A DNA stretch of 64,000 nucleotides from Aquificaceae bacterium. Lineage in GTDB: Bacteria > Aquificota > Aquificia > Aquificales > Aquificaceae. The stretch spans positions 1-64,000 of the forward strand of contig JBEPZX010000004.1 of assembly GCA_041640635.1 (NCBI GenBank). The letters run 5' to 3'. The notes beneath the pieces are model-generated. The model saw only the letters and a list, made by a program, of their open reading frames with translations, was not told the DNA's origin and made no database searches. The stretch's first letter is position 1; each line of letters opens with the position of its first letter. Position numbers and translations under genes: made by a program. This document shows positions 1 through 9,144 of this stretch, piece after piece.

Positions 1-826
1 ATAACACTGTGCCTGAGTGTAGAAAGAGAAACTATCAAACACGCTATAGCAAGGACAGAGGAAACAAAAACTGGTATATGAAGTATCTCAATTACCAAAA
101 AGGACACACCTATGAAGACTATAGCTATCCAACCAAAGGTAAAAACCGTTGAATCTTTTATCGCCAGTTTAGGCGGTTTGTCCTCCAAAAATTCCGTATC
201 GAAACGTCTTATGTAGTAGTTTTTGAAAGCTATCCAAAATATAAGAGTGGTAAATGCTACGGAAACGGCATAGGGAACCATCATGTAAAGGGCATACTCC
301 CAAAAACCCAAACCAAAGTGTTTGGCGGTTATTATGTTGGTTAGGTTGGAGATTATCAGAGGTAAACTTGCGGATTCGGACATAAAACCTATGGCTATAA
401 AGTAAGGCACCATATCTTTGGGTTTGAGACCTAAGTTTCTCAATTTAGCGTAAACCAAGGGAGTAAGCATGAGCATGGCGCCATCGTTGGCAAAGACCGC
501 TGCGGTAAGCGCTGTCAAGAGCATAAGGTAGATGTATAGCAAAAAACCGCTTCCTTTTGAAAGGGACATCAATCTCAGAGCTGACCACTCAAAAAAGCCC
601 GCTTTGTCCAGTATTATGGAGATAAGGATGAGCAACACAAAAGCAACGACTGCATCCCAAACGGAGTGGGTAATGAAGATTACGTCCCTTAAGGTTACCG
701 TTCCCAATAAAAGGCTAAGGGTAGCCCCCGCAAGGGCTACGTATCCAATGTTTACCTTAAAGGGTCTGAATATAACTAATATTAAAGTTAAAAAAAAGGA
801 AAAGAGTAAAAGAGATTATCCCACAT
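1..826 (-). CDS. arsB: ArsB-family arsenite efflux membrane protein, runs off the window start; 5' end out of frame (see findings)
   Basis: Manual translation of the minus strand (not in ORF track): ...FFLTLILVIFRP...LDKAGFFEWSAL...AVFANDGAMLMLTP...SASLPLIISNLTNII..., matching ArsB motifs; open to position 1. The nearest ATG (826-824) is one base out of frame across an A8/T8 tract at 790-797. Confidence 0.85.
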
Positions 827-1913
827 CGTAAAATCTGCTTTCTAACTTTTCAAGGATTTTGGGAAGGGTTGTGTACTCCATCTCTTGCGATGGTAATCTG
901 TGGGGTTCAAATATTCCCTGACGTCTGAGGATGTTGGCTATTATCTGAGCCTCTTCTCTTGCTTTGTCGTAAGCTGGATCGTCAAAGAGGTCCCTTGGAC
1001 CAACCAGTTTTCCATTGGCTATCTGGTAACCTGCCGCTATTACTCTTGGTGGTCCATCAAACCTTGTGGGTGTAGCATGTTTGAAGGATACAGGCATAAG
1101 TGGTCCGTTGTGAGATCCCCTCATCCATCCTTCCACTATCCAAGGTCTCGAGAAAGGCTCCAAAATCTCACCTACAGCAGGAAATCCCGCCTGAGCCCTC
1201 ACTATCATAACGGGGTCATCCTTTCCTACATACTTTCCAGCTATAAGTGACAACCTCTGAGTGGAAGCAACAGCCGCAATCTCACCGTCACTGTTTCTTA
1301 TTACGCTCTTTACTGCATACCTTTCCACACTGCTAATTAGCGCCATAAGGTCATAAAGTTCCGCCGGTGTGGAAAGCTTAACCGCCTTGCCTGTAAAGGT
1401 GTCCAGCACCTCGAAAGTAAAGCCATCGTGCATTTTGGGATCTATAACTAATCCAGCGCACACCATAGGGTCTGCAAACATTTCATACAGAGGTAAGCTC
1501 CAAGCCGAAGGAGCCGTTTTGTCTGCAAAGAACACTATTACAGGTTCAGAAGGTCTTTCCTCAAACTCCATCTCTGCCACACCTGGACCCATACCTTTTA
1601 CGTTTCCAGAGAAAGTGTCAGAGAGTAAGTCTTGACCCGCTCCATAGAGTTTTAGCTCCTTTGCAACCTGCGTTCCTTCTGAAAAAGCTTTCCATGCGAC
1701 AGAATGCACAAACTCGTTGTCCACACCGTGAGTGTGTGTGGCAACTATAGCTATATCATCACCACATACCAAAATATCACAATCAATGAAATTACCTTTT
1801 TCCTTTTCTTGGACAACAACCTCCTTAACCTTTTCAACTACTTGCGGATGAACACTGGAGTGTCCTACAAATCCGCCGATGTCCGCTTTGATAACACTTA
1901 AAGTTAATTTCAT
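816..1913 (-). CDS. fbp: bifunctional fructose-1,6-bisphosphate aldolase/phosphatase (class V FBPase)
   Basis: SVIKADIGG, GDDI, LYGAGQDLL, YVGKDDP, GWMRGSH, RFDGPP motifs; GGAGG SD. Confidence 0.95.
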   Translation of the reverse strand: MKLTLSVIKADIGGFVGHSSVHPQVVEKVKEVVVQEKEKGNFIDCDILVCGDDIAIVATHTHGVDNEFVHSVAWKAFSEGTQVAKELKLYGAGQDLLSDTFSGNVKGMGPGVAEMEFEERPSEPVIVFFADKTAPSAWSLPLYEMFADPMVCAGLVIDPKMHDGFTFEVLDTFTGKAVKLSTPAELYDLMALISSVERYAVKSVIRNSDGEIAAVASTQRLSLIAGKYVGKDDPVMIVRAQAGFPAVGEILEPFSRPWIVEGWMRGSHNGPLMPVSFKHATPTRFDGPPRVIAAGYQIANGKLVGPRDLFDDPAYDKAREEAQIIANILRRQGIFEPHRLPSQEMEYTTLPKILEKLESRFYDVG

Positions 1914-1981
1914 TCTAAGCCCTCCAGTTAAGTTTGTAAGTATTTTAACTCAGAAGGAATAGAAAATCAAAAAATATGCTT

Positions 1982-2707
1982 TTAGTATTCCTGGAGTACG
2001 CTTTCTAATAACCCCAGTTTATTCAGATCCTCTTCTAAGTCCAAAAGATCATCCTTTGGTATCCATTCTTTAATATGGATCCTCTGCATTATGGCAGCCC
2101 CCTTGGGATCCTTTGGCATATTAATTAGTATGTTAAGAAGCTCATCCTTAGAGTAAGAATTTGGCTTCAGCATTATATAGTGAGAGTGTTTTCCTTTACC
2201 TTCTTTAATAACTTCAAGTCTAGACTTGGTTATATTACTTAATCCATCCCAGTAATCCTTGTAGAGTATAGCGGCTGGAACTTCTCCATTTAGCACAGCC
2301 TTAACACAAGAATCCCAAGAGTCCTTAAAAGCATAACCAATTTTAAATATGTTTACATTTAACTCAATTAGAAGCTTTAGACCTACCAAGTGTGCATAGG
2401 TGTTTCTTACAGAAGCCAGAGTAGTTAAATCCATCTGGGAATCGGTGAGTTTTACCATTATTGCTGAATCTAAAACGTCATTCCCAGCAACCACTTGGTA
2501 ACCAGCTTTCCACAATCTGAGAGCATCGATTGGATTTGCATAAGCTATATGGCTTTCCAATGCGCTTATTTGGAAATCTCTAAATCCGTCTAAATGTGCA
2601 TAAGATAGGCTTCTATCCAATTTTTCAGATAGGTAAGAGACAAACTCTATCCAATTGACTTTGTTTTTTGCTGTATCGTGTGGGCATACTACCATCTGCT
2701 TTGGCAT
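1982..2707 (-). CDS. PhnD/SsuA-like solute-binding-fold protein without signal peptide
   Basis: W..FVSYLSEKL, IAYANP, CVKAVLNGEVPAA pattern of PhnD-type binding proteins; start moved to ATG 2707 behind AGGAGG. Confidence 0.6.
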   Translation of the reverse strand: MPKQMVVCPHDTAKNKVNWIEFVSYLSEKLDRSLSYAHLDGFRDFQISALESHIAYANPIDALRLWKAGYQVVAGNDVLDSAIMVKLTDSQMDLTTLASVRNTYAHLVGLKLLIELNVNIFKIGYAFKDSWDSCVKAVLNGEVPAAILYKDYWDGLSNITKSRLEVIKEGKGKHSHYIMLKPNSYSKDELLNILINMPKDPKGAAIMQRIHIKEWIPKDDLLDLEEDLNKLGLLESVLQEY

Positions 2708-2764
2708 AGTGTTCCCTCCTTTAAGATCCGACTTTGGAAGATTAAAAATTATAATACTAAACTT

Positions 2765-3949
2765 ATGATTATCAAGCATTTTGAAAGCAAGGAAGCTTTT
2801 TACAGATTTTTAAAGGATAGGATAGGTATTTTTTTTAAAGAAGCTGAAAGTAGAGCTTTTGAAGGTATATTTCATGTACTCTACTTTGAAGAAAAAAATA
2901 TAGAACCTAGCTATATATTTGAATGTGCTAAACAATGGTGTTTATCAGTATTTTACAATGAAGGAAAGTATGCTTTATGTGGTAGTGAATCAAAGATAAA
3001 GGATTTCTGTTCATGCATAGTCAAATCAAATAAGACTTTAGCTTTTGAAATTTTGCAATTTTTGCAAAGCTATAGAAAAAGATCATTTAAAATTCAATAC
3101 AATTACAAAATACTACCTCTGGGAATAAAGACATCCATAATGGGGATTCTCAATGTTACTCCCGATTCCTTTTCCGACGGTGGAGAGTTCATGGATCCAA
3201 AAGTAGCGGTAGAAGCGGCTATAAAGATGGCTCAAGATGGTGCAGAAATTATCGATATAGGTGGAGAGTCTACACGACCAGGTTCGCAGAGAATAAGTGA
3301 AGAAGAAGAGTTAAAAAGGGTTTTACCTGTCTTAAAGGAAGTAAGAAAAGAACTCCCAAAGGTGTGGATATCTATAGATACTTATAAGTCTGGTGTGGCA
3401 AAGGCTTGCCTCGATGAAGGCGCGGACATAATAAACGACATAAGCGGTGGGACTTTTGACCAAGATATGTACAAAGTTCTAGCACAATACAACTGTCCTT
3501 ACGTGATGACACACATAAAGGGAAGACCAGAAACATGGAAGAGCATGACAATTACCTACGAAGACGTAGTTGAAGAAATAATAAGCTGGTTTAAAGAAAG
3601 AATAGAAACTTTAAGATCCTTTGGTTACAGAGGTGATATAATATTAGATCCAGGTATAGGGTTTGGTAAACTCCCAGAGCATAACATAGAGATTATAAAG
3701 CGCATAGATGAGTTTAGGATTTTTGGATTTCCTTTGGCTATAGGTGTATCTAGAAAGTCTTTCATTGGTTTGACATTAGAGGGTCTTCTTGGAAAGAAGA
3801 CTCAGCCAAGAGAAAGACTTTATGGAAGTTTGGGTTCGCTCGCTTTTGCCGTTATTAGAGGTGTTCATATAGCTAGAGTGCACGATGTAAGGGAAACAAG
3901 AGAGTTTTTAGCTCTATTAGATACGGTAAGAACTTATGGTGAGTTTTGA
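2765..3949 (+). CDS. folP: dihydropteroate synthase with ~120-aa N-terminal extension
   Basis: IMGILNVTPDSFSDGG, DIGGESTRPG, ISIDT, LDPGIGFGK, GVSRKSFI, RVHDV; start ATG 2765 chosen over ORF-track 2678, which overlaps the divergent gene. Confidence 0.95.
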   Translation: MIIKHFESKEAFYRFLKDRIGIFFKEAESRAFEGIFHVLYFEEKNIEPSYIFECAKQWCLSVFYNEGKYALCGSESKIKDFCSCIVKSNKTLAFEILQFLQSYRKRSFKIQYNYKILPLGIKTSIMGILNVTPDSFSDGGEFMDPKVAVEAAIKMAQDGAEIIDIGGESTRPGSQRISEEEELKRVLPVLKEVRKELPKVWISIDTYKSGVAKACLDEGADIINDISGGTFDQDMYKVLAQYNCPYVMTHIKGRPETWKSMTITYEDVVEEIISWFKERIETLRSFGYRGDIILDPGIGFGKLPEHNIEIIKRIDEFRIFGFPLAIGVSRKSFIGLTLEGLLGKKTQPRERLYGSLGSLAFAVIRGVHIARVHDVRETREFLALLDTVRTYGEF

Positions 3950-4700
3950 TATTATAAGACAGTTCTCTATTAAAGATATTATTGATATTTTTTTAGTATC
4001 CATACTGTTTTACGGCGTACTCCGTTTTCTAAAGGTCACAAAGAGCCTACAAATACTCTATGGTATTCTAATTTTGGCTTTTGTCTGGATGGCAGCTAGT
4101 TTTTTAGATTTAAAAGCCTTGGTGTGGATATTTGACAAATTTTGGGCAGTAGGTCTCTTTTCTTTGGTAGTTATATTTCAGCCTGAAATAAGAAAGGGAC
4201 TGTCAAAACTTGGCCAAAGGACTAGCTATATAGGGGTTAAGCTTTCAGAAGAAAAGGTAATTGATAAGATTGTTAGAGCTTGCACCTTTATGTCTGAGAG
4301 ACAGATTGGGGCTTTGATTGTTATAGAAAGAGGGCAAAACTTGGAACCTATATTGGAGGGGTGTATTAACATAGATAGTGCCGTTTCGGTGGAACTTCTA
4401 ATAACCATATTTTATCCCACTACGCCTTTGCACGACGGTGCTGTTGTCATAAGAGGAGATAGAGTTGCCTATGCCTCTTGTATTCTCCCTCTTTCTTCGT
4501 CTCCAGATATACCTAAAAAGTATGGGACACGTCACAGAGCTGGTCTTGGTATATCTCAAGAAAGCGATGCCATAGCTATAATAGTTTCTGAAGAAACTGG
4601 AGAAATAAGCTTGGCGATAGAAGGTAAGTTTATAAGAAATATGGATGCAGAAAGTCTAAAAGAGGAGCTTATTAAGGAGCTGCAAATTGAAAAGAATTAA
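3936..4700 (+). CDS. cdaA: membrane-bound diadenylate cyclase CdaA/DacA
   Basis: Hydrophobic N-terminal helices, FQPEIR, LHDGA and GTRHRA catalytic motifs, VSEETG. Confidence 0.93.
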   Translation: MVSFDIIRQFSIKDIIDIFLVSILFYGVLRFLKVTKSLQILYGILILAFVWMAASFLDLKALVWIFDKFWAVGLFSLVVIFQPEIRKGLSKLGQRTSYIGVKLSEEKVIDKIVRACTFMSERQIGALIVIERGQNLEPILEGCINIDSAVSVELLITIFYPTTPLHDGAVVIRGDRVAYASCILPLSSSPDIPKKYGTRHRAGLGISQESDAIAIIVSEETGEISLAIEGKFIRNMDAESLKEELIKELQIEKN

Positions 4701-5079
4701 AGCGTTAATAATAGAAAACTGGCAATTGAAATCTTTGTCATTGTTGCTTGCTCTATCGCTTTGGTTTTGGGTAAATTTAAGTGGCAAAGTTCCTTTAATA
4801 CTGTCAAAAGATGTGCAGTTAGTAAATGAAAATGTAAATTACGAGTATAGGTTACAGGCAAAGAGGGTAAGAATGAAGCTCTACATACCACAAGGCACAA
4901 AAATAAACAGCATTGCAGAGGATGTAAAGGCTTACGTAGATGTTAGCGGTTTAAAACCTGGTGAATACTTATTATCAATTAGGGTAGATACCAAGTTTAA
5001 GTTTATGGTTAAAGTAGAGGAAATAGATCCAGAATACACAAAGGTTTTCATAAAAGAAAAGCCCCGGATGGGGCAGTAG
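4687..5079 (+). CDS. cdaR: CdaR/YbbR-like regulator (single domain)
   Basis: NWQLKSLSLLLALSLWFWV membrane anchor; AYVDVSGLKPGEY YbbR-like motif; overlaps cdaA. Confidence 0.75.
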   Translation: MKRIKALIIENWQLKSLSLLLALSLWFWVNLSGKVPLILSKDVQLVNENVNYEYRLQAKRVRMKLYIPQGTKINSIAEDVKAYVDVSGLKPGEYLLSIRVDTKFKFMVKVEEIDPEYTKVFIKEKPRMGQ

Positions 5080-5085
5080 GCTTTA

Positions 5086-5430
5086 TCAGCCACAAGAGAA
5101 AGAATTACCGCATCCGCAAGATCCTGTGACGTTTGGATTCTTTATGGTGAAACCACCACCCATAAAGTCCATGACATAATCTAGCTCTGCATTGTTCACG
5201 TATGGCATGGAGAATTGATCTATTACAACCTTTACGCCACCTTGTTCAAATACATGGTCACCTTCTTCTATTGTGTCATCAAAGCCCATTGCATATTGGA
5301 AGCCTGAACATCCTCCAGGTACAACTCTAATCCTTAGGATTGGTTCAGTTATGTTATTGTCCTGAGCTATCTTGAGAACCTCTTGTGCTGCTTTTTCTGT
5401 AATGGAAAAATTCATTCCTACCTTTTGCAT
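5086..5430 (-). CDS. A-type Fe-S cluster carrier (IscA/ErpA/HesB family)
   Basis: GGCSGFQY, LDY..DFMGGGF, NPN...SCGCGNSF. Confidence 0.95.
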   Translation of the reverse strand: MQKVGMNFSITEKAAQEVLKIAQDNNITEPILRIRVVPGGCSGFQYAMGFDDTIEEGDHVFEQGGVKVVIDQFSMPYVNNAELDYVMDFMGGGFTIKNPNVTGSCGCGNSFSCG

Positions 5431-5500
5431 AGCATTACCTCCTTAAGATTTCTTACTTTCAAAAATAAGTCTCTGCTTGAGATATGCAAGTTGATAAATA

Positions 5501-6403
5501 TCAAGACGTCCTAATCTGCTCCACCTTATGAATTAGCCAAAAAGAACCAGCCAAAGCTACCAGCACAAGTCCTAAAGTTATAAGCTCACCTATCTTTTCT
5601 GGAGACAGAGAGACTATGAGAATCTTTCTTATAACAGCTGCCAAAGCCACACTAACGAAAACCTTAAGGCTTATTATGCTTCCCTTTATGTGCTTTATTT
5701 CTTCGGTGATTAGTTCAGATATGGCGTAAAGTATGAGGGTAGAACCCAGTATACTCAAACCGCCTTTTTCTACAGGTAGAGCTCCTATTGCAATAAGGTA
5801 TATTTCGTATATAATCCATGCCAGTATAAAAACACCTACCACTGTGAGAACTCCAACTATGAAGTAATCAAAAGCCCAAGATATGAGCCTTATCTTACTT
5901 ATTACCAACTTTTGGAGCTTACCAATAGGTGTAAAAATTTGAAGCTCTTCCTCGCGGTATGCGATGGAAAACATGCTTATTGCCATATCTATGGCTTTGT
6001 TTAGGGATACAGAAAGTTCGGGAACTTTGTCACACTCTAGCCCTTCTATGAATATTCTAAAGATACTCTCTCTAATAGAGCTAAGAATAGACCCAAAGTA
6101 TTTTGGATTTAGACCCGTTTTCATGTAAAAACTTGCCAAAGATTTGATGGAAAGGGTATAGTCCTCATCGTACTCAAAAGTAAGTAACTTCTTGAGAATG
6201 TTTAGTAGGAGTTCTGTATGAATCCCTTCTACTTTTGGATCGTTCATCAATTGCGCCCAATCGGGATATTTTTGAAGAGTTTTGTAAGAGTACTCAACGA
6301 GATTTTTCAGTCTTCCTTCGTCTAAGGAAACTAATCCCTTTAGGTTTTCTTCATCTTTTCTTGTCCACTCGTAGAGTTCTCTTAAGGTGAGTATATTCTC
6401 CAT
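5501..6403 (-). CDS. protoglobin-like domain fused to C-terminal PsiE-like membrane domain
   Basis: N-terminal half follows the sensor-globin pattern (EYDEDY...KTGLNPKY...LNKAIDM); hydrophobic C-terminal half with LILYAISELI...FVSVALAAVIRKILI typical of PsiE-like proteins; start 6403 chosen to avoid overlap with the divergent gene. Confidence 0.65.
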   Translation of the reverse strand: MENILTLRELYEWTRKDEENLKGLVSLDEGRLKNLVEYSYKTLQKYPDWAQLMNDPKVEGIHTELLLNILKKLLTFEYDEDYTLSIKSLASFYMKTGLNPKYFGSILSSIRESIFRIFIEGLECDKVPELSVSLNKAIDMAISMFSIAYREEELQIFTPIGKLQKLVISKIRLISWAFDYFIVGVLTVVGVFILAWIIYEIYLIAIGALPVEKGGLSILGSTLILYAISELITEEIKHIKGSIISLKVFVSVALAAVIRKILIVSLSPEKIGELITLGLVLVALAGSFWLIHKVEQIRTS

Positions 6404-6437
6404 AAATTTAATTTTAATGTTAAAAGGAGGTATAAAA

Positions 6438-7154
6438 ATGATAGAGTTTAAGGCTCGTGTAATTGAAATAATCCAAGAAACACCTACCACGAAAACACTC
6501 GTATTTGACACAAGAGGGGTAGACTTTGAGTTTTTTCCTGGTCAATACGTAATGTTACAAGTTCCATACAAGCCAACGGGTGAGTTATTAAAGAGGGCTT
6601 ACTCCATAGCCAGTAGTCCTTTGCAAAAGGATAAGTTAGAACTAACTGTAAAGAAAACTCCCAACGGAAAAGCTTCGGTAATGCTCACAGAACAAACAAA
6701 GGTGGGGGATGTATTTGACATAAAGGGACCTTTTGGAAAGTTTTTCTGGACTCCCCAGATGTCCTCTAAGCTGGTGCTCATCGGTGCAGGTAGCGGTATA
6801 GTGCCACTCATGAGCATCTTAAGGTATATAAGAGACTCAAAACTTACAGAGGTAAAAGCTACTTTGTTCTTTTCTAACACTCACTACGAAGAAATAATCT
6901 ACAGAAGGGAGCTTCAAGAGATGAACGAGCTAAGCAACATAAAGGTTGTTTTTACTTTAACAAGATCTTGGCCAGATAGCTGGGAAGGATACACAGGAAG
7001 AATAACTCAGGAAATACTAATCAAAGAGGTAGAAAGTATAAAGGAAAATCTCTACTATCTGTGCGGTCCACCCGCTTTTGTGGATGATATGAATAAAATC
7101 TTGTTAGATTTGGGAGTAGAAAAGGACTCTATTAAAAAGGAAAAGTACGACTAA
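6438..7154 (+). CDS. FAD/NAD(P)H oxidoreductase, ferredoxin-NADP reductase superfamily
   Basis: FFPGQY, RAYSIAS, GKAS, GPFGKF, GAGSGIVP, YYLCGPPAFV; AGGAGG SD before ATG 6438. Confidence 0.9.
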   Translation: MIEFKARVIEIIQETPTTKTLVFDTRGVDFEFFPGQYVMLQVPYKPTGELLKRAYSIASSPLQKDKLELTVKKTPNGKASVMLTEQTKVGDVFDIKGPFGKFFWTPQMSSKLVLIGAGSGIVPLMSILRYIRDSKLTEVKATLFFSNTHYEEIIYRRELQEMNELSNIKVVFTLTRSWPDSWEGYTGRITQEILIKEVESIKENLYYLCGPPAFVDDMNKILLDLGVEKDSIKKEKYD

Positions 7155-7180
7155 AGTTTATAATAGTTTATATAAAAAAA

Positions 7181-7211
7181 CTTGACATAAGGTGACTAAA
7201 TTTTATATTAT
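7181..7211 (+). promoter_or_regulatory. sigma70-type dnaK promoter overlapped by a HAIR-like inverted repeat
   Basis: TTGACA 7182-7187 with TATATT/TATTAT at 7204-7211; CTTGACA-N7-ACTAAAT at 7181-7201 resembles CTTGAGT-N7-ACTCAAG. Confidence 0.6.
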
Positions 7212-7250
7212 TTCTTAACACTAAAATAGTAAGGCTTAGGAGGTGATAGT

Positions 7251-9116
7251 ATGGCAGAAAAGATATTAGGTATTGATTTGGGAACTACCAACTCTGTTGT
7301 AGCTGTAATGATGGGTGATGAAAGTGTAGTTATAGCAAACCAAGAAGGCTCAAGGCTCACACCATCTATAGTTTCTTGGACAAAGGAGAAGGAGATATTC
7401 GTAGGTGAGCCAGCAAAGAGAAGAGCCATTTTGGATCCAGAGAATACCATATACGAAGCCAAGAGGTTCATCGGAAGAAAGTTTGACGAGGTAAAAGAGG
7501 AAGCAAAGAGGGTTTCCTATAAAGTTGTGGCGGATGATAAAGGGGACGCTGCCTTTGATGTTCCGAACGCTGGAAAAGTTGTAAGACCGGAAGAGGTAGG
7601 AGCTCAAGTTCTCAAAAAGCTAAAGGAAGCAGCGGAAGCTTATCTTGGCGAAAAGATAACAAAGGCTGTCATAACGGTGCCCGCTTACTTTAACGAAAGG
7701 CAAAGGCAAGCAACCAAGGACGCTGGAAAGATAGCTGGTCTGGAAGTCTTAAGAATCCTCAACGAGCCTACGGCTGCTGCTCTGGCTTACGGTCTTGACA
7801 AAAAAAGCGACGTTAGGATTTTGGTTTATGACTTTGGTGGTGGAACCTTTGACGTTTCTATACTGGAAGGTGGAGAAGGTGTAATAGAGGTTAAGGCAAC
7901 GGCGGGAGACACGCACCTAGGCGGTGCCAACATAGACGAAAGGATAATGGAGTGGCTCATAGAGGAGTTCAAAAAGGAAACAGGTATAGACCTAAGAAAG
8001 GACAGGACAGCTCTGCAGAGGTTAAAGGAAGCATCGGAACAAGCAAAGAAGGAGCTATCCTTCAAGTTGGAAACGGAAATAAACCTTCCCTTTATAACCA
8101 TTGATCCAAACACCAACCAACCCCTTCACTTGCAAAAGAGACTAACCAGAGCAAGGCTGGAGGAGATGATAAAGGACTTAGTGGACAGGACTATGGAGAT
8201 AGTAAAGAGAGCTTTAGAAGATGCCAAACTCAGACCACAGGACATAAACGACGTAGTTTTGGTTGGTGGTTCCACAAGGATTCCTCTGGTTCAACAAAAG
8301 ATTAAAGACTTCTTTGGAAAAGAACCACACAAGGGCGTAAACCCGGACGAAGTGGTAGCAGTGGGAGCTGCCATTCAGGCTGGTGTGCTCTCTGGAGAGG
8401 TAAAGGATATACTACTGGTGGACGTAACACCTCTTTCTTTAGGAGTAGAGACCTACGGTGGTGTTATGACTGTCCTCATTCCAAGGAACACTCCTATTCC
8501 TTACAAGAAGTGTGAAACCTTTACCACAGCAAGCGATTACCAAACGGAAGTGGAAATACACGTGCTCCAAGGCGAAAGACCCATGGCAAAGGATAACAAA
8601 TCTCTGGGTAGGTTCTTCTTGACAGGTATACCGCCAGCACCCAGGGGAGTGCCCAAGATAGAAGTGTGCTTCGATATCGACGTAGACGGCATACTTCACG
8701 TGACAGCTAAAGATTTGGGGACTGGTAAGGAGCAGTCCATAAGAGTTCAAGCTTCCTCTGGACTAACACAAGAAGAAATAGAAAAAATGGTAAAAGAAGC
8801 CCAGATGAACGAGGAAGAGGACAGAAAGAAAAGGGAGCTAGTGGAAGCCAAAAACCAACTGGACCAATACGTGTATAATCTCGAAAAAGTCCTAAGAGAA
8901 AACAGAGACAAACTACCTTCCGATATGGTTTCTCAATGTGAAGAGGTGATAAACTTAGCCAAAAAGACACTGGCAGAGGCAACATCCACAGAGGAAATCA
9001 AGAAAGTCACGGAACAGGTACTGGATATGTCCTCTAAAATCGGTAGCAAAATTTACGAATCTGCATCGAAAGGTCCTCAAGAAGGCGGTGACGTCATAGA
9101 AGGTAAACCTATGTAA
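7251..9116 (+). CDS. dnaK: molecular chaperone DnaK (Hsp70)
   Basis: [41 protein letters not shown]. Confidence 0.99.
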   Translation: MAEKILGIDLGTTNSVVAVMMGDESVVIANQEGSRLTPSIVSWTKEKEIFVGEPAKRRAILDPENTIYEAKRFIGRKFDEVKEEAKRVSYKVVADDKGDAAFDVPNAGKVVRPEEVGAQVLKKLKEAAEAYLGEKITKAVITVPAYFNERQRQATKDAGKIAGLEVLRILNEPTAAALAYGLDKKSDVRILVYDFGGGTFDVSILEGGEGVIEVKATAGDTHLGGANIDERIMEWLIEEFKKETGIDLRKDRTALQRLKEASEQAKKELSFKLETEINLPFITIDPNTNQPLHLQKRLTRARLEEMIKDLVDRTMEIVKRALEDAKLRPQDINDVVLVGGSTRIPLVQQKIKDFFGKEPHKGVNPDEVVAVGAAIQAGVLSGEVKDILLVDVTPLSLGVETYGGVMTVLIPRNTPIPYKKCETFTTASDYQTEVEIHVLQGERPMAKDNKSLGRFFLTGIPPAPRGVPKIEVCFDIDVDGILHVTAKDLGTGKEQSIRVQASSGLTQEEIEKMVKEAQMNEEEDRKKRELVEAKNQLDQYVYNLEKVLRENRDKLPSDMVSQCEEVINLAKKTLAEATSTEEIKKVTEQVLDMSSKIGSKIYESASKGPQEGGDVIEGKPM

Positions 9117-9124
9117 AACCTGTG

Positions 9125-9144
9125 GGTCCCTTTTGGGACCTTTT
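9125..9144 (+). terminator. intrinsic terminator between convergent dnaK and pyrB
   Basis: GGTCCC-TTTT-GGGACC followed by TTTT. Confidence 0.75.

Noticed and set aside
532..1901. Plus-strand ORFs 532-831, 900-1250, 1369-1635 and 1704-1901, and the many similar short antisense ORFs throughout the window
   Set aside because: They are shadow frames opposite well-supported genes, with no motifs or SD.
5476..5490. CTTG-N7-CAAG upstream of the Fe-S carrier gene as an IscR/Rrf2 operator
   Set aside because: The arms are only 4 bp; too weak to support without comparative data.
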